DNA of 24,784 nt from Acidimicrobiales bacterium (GCA_049514295.1 JBEKVF010000001.1:1-24784); one strand, 5' to 3'; shown: positions 14,948 to 22,980, counted from the stretch's first letter. Notes: a model not told the origin generated them from the letters alone. Program-made: numbers and translations.

Positions 14948-15838
14948 ATGCGCGCGCTCATCACCGGCGGCAAGGGCTTCGTGGGCCAGTGGCTCGCCGC
15001 GCACCTCAAGGATCGAGGGGACGAGGTCGCCGTCATCGACATCGAGACGGACGTCGCAGACGGCGCAGCGGTACGCCGGGTCATGGCCGACGTCGTGCCC
15101 GATGCGATCTACCACCTGGCCGCGATGACCCACGTGGGCGAGAGCTGGGCCGACCCGAGCCGGGTGCTCCGGGTCAACGTCCTGGGTACCGCGGAGATCC
15201 TGGCCGCCGCCCGCACGCTGCCGGCGGGCCCCCGCGTCCTGATCGTGAGCTCGGCCGAGGTGTACGGCGTCGTCGACCCGGGCCAGCTCCCGCTGGGGGA
15301 GGACACACCGACGGCCCCCGCCAGCCCCTACGCGGCGAGCAAGCTCGCGGCGGAGGACGTGGCCCTGCAGGCCTGGCGGGGGTACGGGCAGCCCGTCACG
15401 GTGGTGCGGCCGTTCAACCACATCGGCCCCGGCCAGTCCCCCAACTTCTTTGTGCCGGCCCTGGCCAAGCGGATCGTCGACGCCCGTCGCTCGGGCGCCC
15501 ACGCCCTGAAGGTGGGGACGCTGACCACCCGGCGGGACTTCACCGACGTGCGTGACGTCGTGGCGGCCTACCGCCTGCTGATGGAGCGGGACGTGCCCGG
15601 CGAGATCTACAACGTGTGCTCGGGTCGCGACGTCGCCATGTCCGAGGTCGCCGCGCAGCTCCTGGAGCTGGCCGGCGCGGACCTGACGTTCGAGACCGAC
15701 CCCGAGCTGGTGCGCCCGGTCGACGTGCCGGTGCTCCGCGGTGACGCGAGCAAGTTGCGCGACGCGATCGGATGGCAGCCGGTCATCCCGCTCGCGACAA
15801 CGCTCGCCGACGTCCTGGCCTCCTGGGAGGCGGGCTGA
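14948..15838 (+). CDS. GDP-sugar extended SDR, Rmd-like (GDP-4-keto-6-deoxy-D-mannose reductase; often auto-annotated GDP-mannose 4,6-dehydratase), 296 aa
   Basis: 'LITGGKGFVG', 'YHLAA', 'ESW', 'VSSAEVYG', 'SPYAASK', 'RPFNHIGPGQS', 'RDFTDVRDVV', 'RPVD', 'GDASKL'. It lacks the GITGQDG signature of true Gmd and is short, like Rmd. Confidence 0.8.
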   Translation: MRALITGGKGFVGQWLAAHLKDRGDEVAVIDIETDVADGAAVRRVMADVVPDAIYHLAAMTHVGESWADPSRVLRVNVLGTAEILAAARTLPAGPRVLIVSSAEVYGVVDPGQLPLGEDTPTAPASPYAASKLAAEDVALQAWRGYGQPVTVVRPFNHIGPGQSPNFFVPALAKRIVDARRSGAHALKVGTLTTRRDFTDVRDVVAAYRLLMERDVPGEIYNVCSGRDVAMSEVAAQLLELAGADLTFETDPELVRPVDVPVLRGDASKLRDAIGWQPVIPLATTLADVLASWEAG

Positions 15839-15875
15839 GGGCGAGCGCTGTCGGCGTTCGTGACGCGGGGTGGAC

Positions 15876-16244
15876 TCAGGCGCTGACGAGCTGGCGGATC
15901 TGGGTCCGGACCTCGCGGGCCTGCTCCCGGGCCTTCGCGGTCAGCTGCGTGACCGTGGCGGGCAGCTTGTCCTCGAGCGGCTGAAGGGTGGTCTCGACGA
16001 ACTGCGTGGCTGACTCGGCCAGGTCGTCGAAGTGCTGCATCCCCTTGGCGACGCCGTGGCGCACTTCGTCGATGCGCTGGTCCAGCGCCATGTCCTGGGA
16101 CAGGCGGTTCTGCAGTTCGACCCGCTGCACCTGGGCCCGCTGGTAGCCCAGCACGCCGAGGCCGACGGCGACGTACGCCGCGTCCCGGGCCAGGTCGGTG
16201 ACACCCTTGGAAAGCGTGGTGATGTTGGTGGTTACGTCAGGCAT
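15876..16244 (-). CDS. Small hypothetical amphipathic/coiled-coil protein (phasin- or HbhA-like character), 122 aa
   Basis: MPDVTTNITTLSKGVTDLARDAAYVAVGLGVLGYQRAQVQRVELQNRL...; strong SD AGGAGG 5 nt before ATG 16244 and its own promoter. The family assignment is tentative. Confidence 0.8.
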   Translation of the reverse strand: MPDVTTNITTLSKGVTDLARDAAYVAVGLGVLGYQRAQVQRVELQNRLSQDMALDQRIDEVRHGVAKGMQHFDDLAESATQFVETTLQPLEDKLPATVTQLTAKAREQAREVRTQIRQLVSA

Positions 16245-16323
16245 GAGAGCCTCCTGTCTAGTCGGTTCACTCCGAAGAGCCGCTCGCAGCGGCCCGCCGG
16301 CCAGACCTCTGCGTTCGTGTACA

Positions 16324-16352
16324 AGAGTATCACCTTTGTTAAACAGTAGCAA
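16324..16352 (-). promoter_or_regulatory. SigA-type promoter with extended -10 for the 122-aa protein
   Basis: Minus strand: TTGCTA (16352-16347), 17-nt spacer ending TGa, TACTCT (16329-16324). Predicts a 5' UTR of about 70 nt. Confidence 0.65.
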
Positions 16353-16415
16353 GCAGCGGGGGGTGAATTCCGTGCCTGAGGGACCGATCCTGAACCGGAT
16401 AGCCTCTGGCACCTG

Positions 16416-19400
16416 ATGGACGCCCAAGTGCCGGCCGTGGTCGCCGTCATGGTCACGACCGATCCCGGGCCCTGGTTCGAGGAGGCGCTCTCCTCCCTGG
16501 CCGCGCAGGACTACGGGGAGCTCTCGGTCCTGGTCCTCTCCATCGGTGATGACGGCGCGGGGGTCACCGACCGGGTCGGGCGCTTCCTGCCGGATGCCTT
16601 CGTGCGGCACCTGGACGGGCGGCCCGGCTACGCCGCCGCCTCCAACGAGGTGCTCTCCATGGTGGAGGGAGCGGCCTTCTTCCTGCTCTGCCACGACGAC
16701 GTCGCGCTCGATCCCGACGCCGTCCACAAGATGGTGGAGGAGTCGTTCCGCTCCAATGCCGGCGTGGTGTCCCCGAAGTTCGTCAACTGGGACGACCCCA
16801 GCATCCTCCTGCACGTCGGGATGAGCTGCGACAAGACCGGCGCCGTTGTCGACCGCATCGTCGAGGGCGAGGTCGACCACGGCCAGCACGATGCCGTGCG
16901 CGACGTGTTCGTCGCTCCCGGCGGGTGCATCCTCGTGCGCGCGGACCTCTTCGCTGAGCTGAAGGGCTTCGACGGCGGGATTCTGGCCATGGGGGAGGAC
17001 CTCGACCTATCGTGGCGCAGTCAGGTGGCGGGGTCACGCGTGGTCGTCGCGCCCGACGCGCGCGTGCGACACCGCGAGGCCGTGGCGGGTGGCCTCGAGC
17101 CCCTGGCGGTCCTCGGAGTGGACGGGGGACGCCACCCCGTCACCATGCAGATGCTCCAGCGACGGCACGAACTGCGCGCCGTGCTCAAGTGCTACACCCG
17201 GATCCACCTGGTGCGGGTGCTACCCCAGGCCGCGCTGCTCGCCCTGGGCGAGGTGATCGTTGCGGTGCTTTCGCGCGACCGGGACCGGGTGCGCGCCGTC
17301 ATGGGCGCGTGGAGGTGGAACGCCCGCCGGCTGACCGAGATCTCTCTGCTGCGGGGCGAGCTGGCCGAGCACCGCCTGTTCCCCGATGCCGAGGTGCGCC
17401 GCCTGCAGATGCGCGGCAGCGCGCGCCTGTCGCGCTACTTCAGCCGGCTCACCCACCAGGGCCTCGAAGCCGCCAACGCCGTCGCCGTCTCGAGGGAGCG
17501 GGCGGAGGGGCACGACGAGCGCGCCGAGGTGGCGGTCCTCACGGGCAGCGTCGGGTCGGCCTTCAGCGAGGACACCGACTTCGACGAGCTCGACGACCTG
17601 GGCCGGCGCGCCGGCCGGGACCGCTTCGGCCGCAAGGTCCGGTCGGTCCCGCTCAGCACGGGGCACCAGCGCGCGGTGGCCATGGTCGTCGCGCTGGCGG
17701 TGATCGCCGTGGGCACCCGCGACCTGTTCTTCGGGACCCTGCCCCTCGTGGGGCAGCTGGCCCCGCTCCCGTCGTGGTCGGCCAGCTGGCATCACTTCTT
17801 CTCGGGCTGGCAGTCGGCCGGCGTGGGCACCACCGCGCCTGCGTCGCCCGCCTTCGGCATCGTCGGCATCACCGGCACCGTGCTCTTCGGCGCCATGGGC
17901 ACGCTGCAGAGGGTCCTGCTGCTCGCCTGCATCCCCCTCGGCGCCTGGGGCGTCTCGCGCTTCATGCGCCCCGTCGTCTCGCCCCGGGCACGCGTGATCG
18001 CCGTCATCTGCTATCTCGGCCTCCCGCTGCCCTACGGCGCGCTGGGCACGGGACGCTGGGACGGTCTGGTCGCCTACGCTGCCTTCCCGTTCATCGCGCT
18101 CCGGCTGGCCCGGGCCGCACGCGTGGCGCCGTACGCGGTGGAGCCCGGCCCGAAGTGGCGCAGCCGCCCCGCGGGCCAGGTCGCCATCCTCGGCGCCGTG
18201 ATCGCGGTGGCGTCGGTCTTCGCTCCGGCCGTCGTCCCGCTCGTCATCGTCACCGCGCTCGCGTGGGCAGTGGGCTCGGTGCTCGTCGGGTCGCGCGACG
18301 CCCGCTGGCGGGTCCTGGTCGTGGCGGCGGAGTCGATCGGCGTGGCACTGGTGCTGACCGCTCCCTGGGTGATCGGGACGGTGCTGGCGGGGAAGGCGTC
18401 GGTGGCGATCTTCGGCCTGCCGATCGCGGGGGCCAACGCCCCGGACTGGGGCGAGGTCCTCCGCTTCGCCATCGGCCCGGCCGCCCGCTCGCCCATCGTG
18501 TGGCTCCTCGTGGTGGCGGCGGCCCTCCCCCTCGTCCTGGGCCGGGGGACCAGGTTGGTCTGGGCGGCGCGCCTGTGGGTCATGGCCTGCGCGTCATGGG
18601 GCCTCGCCCTCGCCGCGTCGCGGGGCGACCTGGGATCCTTCACGCCTTCCGAGTCGGTGGTCCTGGCACCGGCCGCGCTCGCCGTCGCCGCCTGCGTCGG
18701 CCTCGGCATCTCCGCCTTCGAGAACGACCTGACCGGCCGCGAGTTCGGGTGGCGCCAGGTGATGAGCGTCGCCGCCCTCGTCTTCGTCGCGCTCGGCCTC
18801 CTCCCGGTCGTGGGCGGTGCAGCCGGCGGGCGCTGGGACCTCCCGTCCCAGGGGGTGGAGCAGCCGCTCGCCTTCCTGAGCCATCCGAGCAGCACCGGCG
18901 TGACGCGGGTCCTGTGGCTGGGCGACCCGAGGGCGTTGCCCGCCGGCGGCTGGACGGTGCAGCAGGGCCTGGCCTTCGCGCTGACGCCCGAGGGCCTGCC
19001 CGACTCGGCGCAGGTGTTCACCCCCGCCGGCCCCGGACCCGCCGGGCTCGTGGCCGACGCCGTCCGACTGGCGGTGTCGGGCGGGACCGTGCACCTGGGC
19101 CGGCTGCTCGCCCCCGCCGGCGTGCGCTACGTGGTGGTCCTCGACGGGGTGGCGCCGTCCATGGTGGGCACGGCGCCGCCGTCGGTCAGCGCCCCACCGC
19201 CCGCCGGGCTCGACACCGACCTCCTCGAACAGGACGACATGCAGGTCGTGCCCGGCGAGCTCGGCGTCCAGGTGTTCGAGAACGGGGAGGACATGCCGGT
19301 GACCGCGGAACGGGCGGCTGCGCTCCCGCCGGTGCAGACGTGGTCCTACCCGGGTGCGGCCGACGTGGCGGGGTGGCAGCCCGTGCTCAGTGCGCTGTCG

Positions 19401-19718
19401 AGCGGCGGGCCGGCCACCGGGCACGTCACGGCCGGCACCCTCTATGCCGGGTACGCACCTGCCGGGAGCTTCACGCTCAGCGTCGACGGCCGCACCGTGC
19501 CGCAGCGCCCGGCGTTCGGCTGGGCGGCGCAGTACGCCGCCGTCGCGGGCGGGGCGTCCCTCTCGCTCTCGCAGTTCCCCTACGTACCCCTGGCGGTCGT
19601 GCTCGAGCTGGCCGCCTGGGTCGTCCTGGCCGCCGCACTGATCGGCCGGCCGCGGCGGTCGGCCGCGACGTCGACCGCGGGCGCGACCCTCCCGCCGACC
19701 GACGAGGGGGAGCCGTGA
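16416..19718 (+). CDS. Large GT2 family glycosyltransferase fused to a polytopic membrane domain, 1100 aa
   Basis: N-terminal GT-A motifs ('VVAVMVT', 'LLCHDDV', 'GGCILVR', 'GEDLDLSWR'), an acidic linker, many hydrophobic helices, an extracytoplasmic domain and a final TM helix. Matches the conserved actinobacterial GT2 gene that precedes DUF5719. Confidence 0.88.
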   Translation: MDAQVPAVVAVMVTTDPGPWFEEALSSLAAQDYGELSVLVLSIGDDGAGVTDRVGRFLPDAFVRHLDGRPGYAAASNEVLSMVEGAAFFLLCHDDVALDPDAVHKMVEESFRSNAGVVSPKFVNWDDPSILLHVGMSCDKTGAVVDRIVEGEVDHGQHDAVRDVFVAPGGCILVRADLFAELKGFDGGILAMGEDLDLSWRSQVAGSRVVVAPDARVRHREAVAGGLEPLAVLGVDGGRHPVTMQMLQRRHELRAVLKCYTRIHLVRVLPQAALLALGEVIVAVLSRDRDRVRAVMGAWRWNARRLTEISLLRGELAEHRLFPDAEVRRLQMRGSARLSRYFSRLTHQGLEAANAVAVSRERAEGHDERAEVAVLTGSVGSAFSEDTDFDELDDLGRRAGRDRFGRKVRSVPLSTGHQRAVAMVVALAVIAVGTRDLFFGTLPLVGQLAPLPSWSASWHHFFSGWQSAGVGTTAPASPAFGIVGITGTVLFGAMGTLQRVLLLACIPLGAWGVSRFMRPVVSPRARVIAVICYLGLPLPYGALGTGRWDGLVAYAAFPFIALRLARAARVAPYAVEPGPKWRSRPAGQVAILGAVIAVASVFAPAVVPLVIVTALAWAVGSVLVGSRDARWRVLVVAAESIGVALVLTAPWVIGTVLAGKASVAIFGLPIAGANAPDWGEVLRFAIGPAARSPIVWLLVVAAALPLVLGRGTRLVWAARLWVMACASWGLALAASRGDLGSFTPSESVVLAPAALAVAACVGLGISAFENDLTGREFGWRQVMSVAALVFVALGLLPVVGGAAGGRWDLPSQGVEQPLAFLSHPSSTGVTRVLWLGDPRALPAGGWTVQQGLAFALTPEGLPDSAQVFTPAGPGPAGLVADAVRLAVSGGTVHLGRLLAPAGVRYVVVLDGVAPSMVGTAPPSVSAPPPAGLDTDLLEQDDMQVVPGELGVQVFENGEDMPVTAERAAALPPVQTWSYPGAADVAGWQPVLSALSSGGPATGHVTAGTLYAGYAPAGSFTLSVDGRTVPQRPAFGWAAQYAAVAGGASLSLSQFPYVPLAVVLELAAWVVLAAALIGRPRRSAATSTAGATLPPTDEGEP

Positions 19719-21178
19719 GCCCCGCCCACCACAGGCCCGAGCGCCGGTGGCTGGTGCTGGTCCTCGTCGTGCTGGTGGTGGTCGGGGTGGGCATCGCCGC
19801 CGGCGCCCGGGGCACGCCCTCGGTGAGCGCGCCGGCGGCGCCCAGCGCGCTGGTCGCCGCCCCCGACGCGGAGTCGTCCGCCTGGTACTGCACGGGGCAG
19901 TCGACCGGTTCGGGCCTGGCGCCCGGCTTCGTCGTCCTCACCAACACGACCGCCCGGACCGTGGACGGGACCATCACCGCGGTGACCGATGCCGGCGCGG
20001 AGGTGCACACGGCCGTGTCCATCCCGGCCCGCGGGGTGGCGACCCCGTCCATCCCGGCGCTGTCGTCGGGGTCGTGGGAGGGCGAGACGGTGACGATCTC
20101 CGGCGGCGGGGTGGCCGCCACCCAGGTCGTGCACGGCTCGTCGGGCTGGTCCCAGTCGCCGTGCCAGAGCACGACGGCGGCCGACTGGTACTTCCCCGGG
20201 GGCACGACCGCCAACTCGGACCCGCTCTACATCTCGCTGCTCAACCCGACATCGACGCCGGTCGTGGTCGACCTCAGCTTCATGACGCCGAGGGGCGCCG
20301 TCCATCCCATCAACTACCAGGGGATCGTGCTGCAGTCGGGACAGGTCCAGGTGGAGAACGTGGCGTCCGAGGTGCAGAACGTGTCGACGGTGAGCACCGT
20401 CGTCGCCACCAGGACGGGGCGTGTGGTGGCGTCCGAGGTGCAGGGGTTCTCGGGATCCTCCGCCGGCCTCGCCCTGGTGCCGGGCGCCGCGCACCCGCTG
20501 TCGCACTGGTACATCCCCCAGAGCCAGGACGTGGCGGGCGGCTCCGCGGAAATCGACGTCTTCAACCCCGGGACGGTGCCCGAGTCGGTGACCGTGCACC
20601 TGCGTCTCGCCTCCGGCCCGCTCGCCCCGCTGAGCGACAAGGTCGCCCCGGGCGCGACGTGGGCCCTCGCCACGGGCGCGCAGACGCGGATCCCCCACAA
20701 CGCCACGTACTCCGCCGACATCGAGGCCACGGGCGGCCCGGGCGTGGTCGTCGGTCGGACCGTGATGGTGCCCACCTCGGATCCGGCGCCCCAGGCCGGC
20801 ATGGCGATGGCAGTGGACGGCCTCAGCACCGCCTCGCCGACCGGCGAGTGGGTGCTGCCACCGCCGGGCACGAGCGCGAACCCCGCCGTGAGCGGTGCGG
20901 CACCCACCTATCTGGCGTTCACGAACACGTCGGGCGCCGACGAGAGCTACACCGTGTCCGCCGTGACCCCGTCGGGCGACCGCACGATCGGTGCGGGGAT
21001 GGTGCCCGCCGGCACGACGGGGTCCGTCTACGGCGCGGCCCTTTCCAGCGCCGGCTTCGACGAGATCACCGTGCGCGCCAGCGGCCCGATGGCGGTGAGC
21101 GAGGAAGTCGGCCCGACCGGCGGCTTCGGCGTGGTGACGATGCCCGGTCTCCCGCTGGCGGCGGCCATCGGTCTCTGA
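19715..21178 (+). CDS. DUF5719-like N-terminally anchored extracytoplasmic beta-rich protein, 487 aa
   Basis: GTGA overlap with GT2 and SD GAGGGGGA; TM helix 'WLVLVLVVLVVVGVGIAAG'; 'SSAWYC', 'WYFPGG', 'LLNP' repeats. Position downstream of the large GT2 supports the family call. Confidence 0.78.
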   Translation: MSPAHHRPERRWLVLVLVVLVVVGVGIAAGARGTPSVSAPAAPSALVAAPDAESSAWYCTGQSTGSGLAPGFVVLTNTTARTVDGTITAVTDAGAEVHTAVSIPARGVATPSIPALSSGSWEGETVTISGGGVAATQVVHGSSGWSQSPCQSTTAADWYFPGGTTANSDPLYISLLNPTSTPVVVDLSFMTPRGAVHPINYQGIVLQSGQVQVENVASEVQNVSTVSTVVATRTGRVVASEVQGFSGSSAGLALVPGAAHPLSHWYIPQSQDVAGGSAEIDVFNPGTVPESVTVHLRLASGPLAPLSDKVAPGATWALATGAQTRIPHNATYSADIEATGGPGVVVGRTVMVPTSDPAPQAGMAMAVDGLSTASPTGEWVLPPPGTSANPAVSGAAPTYLAFTNTSGADESYTVSAVTPSGDRTIGAGMVPAGTTGSVYGAALSSAGFDEITVRASGPMAVSEEVGPTGGFGVVTMPGLPLAAAIGL

Positions 21179-21188
21179 GCGGCGGTCG

Positions 21189-22397
21189 CTACAGGTTGTG
21201 CCGCTGGTAGCGGCGCCACAGCGCGCGCCCTCCCACCACCAGGACGCCGAGGCAGAGCAGCGCGAAGAGCACGGGGCCGGCGAGCCGGATCACGCCCTCT
21301 ACACCGTCGACGAACCCGCCGACGCTGTCGTGCCAGGCCCGCACGACACCTGACTCGGGCACCGGCCCCGGGCGCGGTGGCGGTGTTCCCTCACTGACGG
21401 TCACCGTCAACGTCGAGTACGACGTCTGGCTGTTGAGGAGGTTCAACTGGCCCTGGAGCTGCTCGATCTGGGACTGGATGCCGTCGAGCTGCTCCTGCAC
21501 GGCCAGCACGTCACCCACCGTCGTGGCCTTGGCCAGGATCGTCAGGTACTGCTGCCGGCTGTCCTCGAGCGCCGTGATGCGCGACTGGAGGTCGACGTAC
21601 TGTCCCGTGACGTCGGTGGCCTTCGTCGTGAGGTCCGAGGTCTTGCCCAGCGCCTGGGCCTGCTTGAGCACCGTCGAGAAGTCGTTGACGGGCACCTGCA
21701 GCGTGATGCTCCCGTAGGGCGCGCCGCCCGTGCCGGCGCCGGACTGCGTCTGCGAGCTCGCCACGAAGCCCCCGAAGGCTCCCGCCAGCGAGGTCAGCCG
21801 CGTCATGGTCCGGTCGAGGTCGCCGCGGCCGACCGACAGCCCGAGGGCCCCGGTCTGCTCAATCTTCGAGGGCTGGCCCACTGCGCCGCTCGGCAGGGAG
21901 GGCGAAGTCGGCGTGGGTGTGGTGACGGCGGGCGTCGACGCCGCGTGCTGCGCCCCGTTGGAGGGCAACGGTGCCGCCGTCCTGGCCGAGCCACCCGCCA
22001 CGGCCGAGCCCTGCGGGACGGTCGTGGTCGCCCCGGACACGGGTGCCACCAGCCCCGTCCGCGGCAGGCTCGAGGTGAGCGTGGGGCCCGACGGCGAGCG
22101 CACCAACGCGCCCACCGTGCCCGCGACCACGAGGGCCACGACGATGCAGGCTGCTGCCGAGATCACGCGGTGCCGGCCGGCGGTGGCCACGAGCCGGCGC
22201 ACCCGGCCGTCCCGGATCGCGGTGGGCTCGTCAGGTGCGCCCTCGTCCCCGATGCCGCCGCCACCGTCGTGACCCGCGGAGCGGCCGGTGCCGGCCGCCC
22301 GTGCCAGGATGTCGTCGGCGCCCGAGGCGGGGACCTCGAAGGCGGCGCCGGCGCGGGCGAACAGGGAGGCGAGGCGGTCGTCGTCGAGCATGGTCAT
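21189..22397 (-). CDS. DUF4349-domain membrane protein, putative anti-sigma factor, 402 aa
   Basis: SD AGGAGA 7 nt upstream and ATGA overlap with the sigma stop; about 70-aa cytoplasmic N-terminus, TM1, P/T-rich linker, DUF4349-like core ('TLQVP', 'DVTGQYVDLQSRI', 'VLAVQEQL', 'IEQLQGQL', 'YSTLTVTV'), TM2. Confidence 0.82.
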   Translation of the reverse strand: MTMLDDDRLASLFARAGAAFEVPASGADDILARAAGTGRSAGHDGGGGIGDEGAPDEPTAIRDGRVRRLVATAGRHRVISAAACIVVALVVAGTVGALVRSPSGPTLTSSLPRTGLVAPVSGATTTVPQGSAVAGGSARTAAPLPSNGAQHAASTPAVTTPTPTSPSLPSGAVGQPSKIEQTGALGLSVGRGDLDRTMTRLTSLAGAFGGFVASSQTQSGAGTGGAPYGSITLQVPVNDFSTVLKQAQALGKTSDLTTKATDVTGQYVDLQSRITALEDSRQQYLTILAKATTVGDVLAVQEQLDGIQSQIEQLQGQLNLLNSQTSYSTLTVTVSEGTPPPRPGPVPESGVVRAWHDSVGGFVDGVEGVIRLAGPVLFALLCLGVLVVGGRALWRRYQRHNL

Positions 22398-22945
22398 GGG
22401 CCGGTCTCCTCGCTGCGAGGTGCGTCCCCGGCGCCGGCCAGGGCGCACAGGGCGGGGTCGGCCGCCAGGCGGCGGCGGGCCTCGTGCAGGCGGGACTTCA
22501 CGGTGCCCTGGCGCCGGCCGATGGCGAGCGCGATGTCACGCTCGCTCAGGTCGGCGTAGTAGCGCAGGACGACGGGCACGCGCAGCGACAGCGGTAGCTG
22601 TTGCAGCGCGGCGAGCACCGTCCCGGCGACCTCGGCCTGCTCGGCGCTGGCCTCGGGATCGGCGCCCCGCCCGGGCACCTGCGCCAGCGGCTCGTCACCG
22701 GCCCGGCGGTCGCGGTGGGGGATCTCCCGGCGCAGCTTGGAGTAACACGAGTTGACGACGACCCGGTAGAGCCAGGGCCGGATGCTCGGCACGGCCGTGA
22801 GGGAGTCGCGGAAGCGCCAGGCCCGCAGGTAGGCGTCCTGGACGGCCTCCTCCGCGTCGGCCCGGTTGCCCAGGATGAGGCAAGCGGTGCGGAAGGAGGC
22901 GACGTACCCGTCCTCGAGCCACTCTGCGAGCTGTTGCTCCACCAT
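22394..22945 (-). CDS. ECF (sigma-70 group 4) RNA polymerase sigma factor, 183 aa
   Basis: Region 2 'DAEEAVQDAYLRAW' and 'PWLYRVVVN'; region 4 'LQQLPLSLRVPVVLRYYADLSERDIA' and 'GTVKSRLHEARRRL'. Confidence 0.95.
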   Translation of the reverse strand: MVEQQLAEWLEDGYVASFRTACLILGNRADAEEAVQDAYLRAWRFRDSLTAVPSIRPWLYRVVVNSCYSKLRREIPHRDRRAGDEPLAQVPGRGADPEASAEQAEVAGTVLAALQQLPLSLRVPVVLRYYADLSERDIALAIGRRQGTVKSRLHEARRRLAADPALCALAGAGDAPRSEETGP

Positions 22946-22955
22946 CCCCCTTCAT

Positions 22956-22980
22956 GACGCAGCGCAGCCCGGTTTGGTTC
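22956..22980 (-). promoter_or_regulatory. Putative ECF-type (auto)promoter
   Basis: Minus strand: GAACC (22980-22976), 16 nt, CGTC (22959-22956), ending 10 nt before the sigma ATG. Fits the general ECF AAC/CGT pattern. Confidence 0.55.

Noticed and set aside
14948-15838. Calling this gene gmd
   Set aside because: It lacks the GITGQDG dinucleotide-binding signature and is about 50 aa shorter than typical Gmd; Rmd-like fits better.
15839-15875. Intrinsic terminators between convergent genes (also 21179-21188)
   Set aside because: Only 4-bp stems (GCGT/ACGC, AGCG/CGCT) with no U-tract, which is not above chance at this GC content.
17012-19714. About 900 extra codons upstream of the DUF5719-like gene (ORF 17012..21178, 1388 aa), suggesting an overlapping gene or giant fusion
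   Set aside because: In this frame a stop needs T at the third codon position of the GT2 gene, which is rare at very high GC3. The translation is R/G/P/A-rich with no motifs, and the real start is the GTGA overlap at 19715 with an SD.
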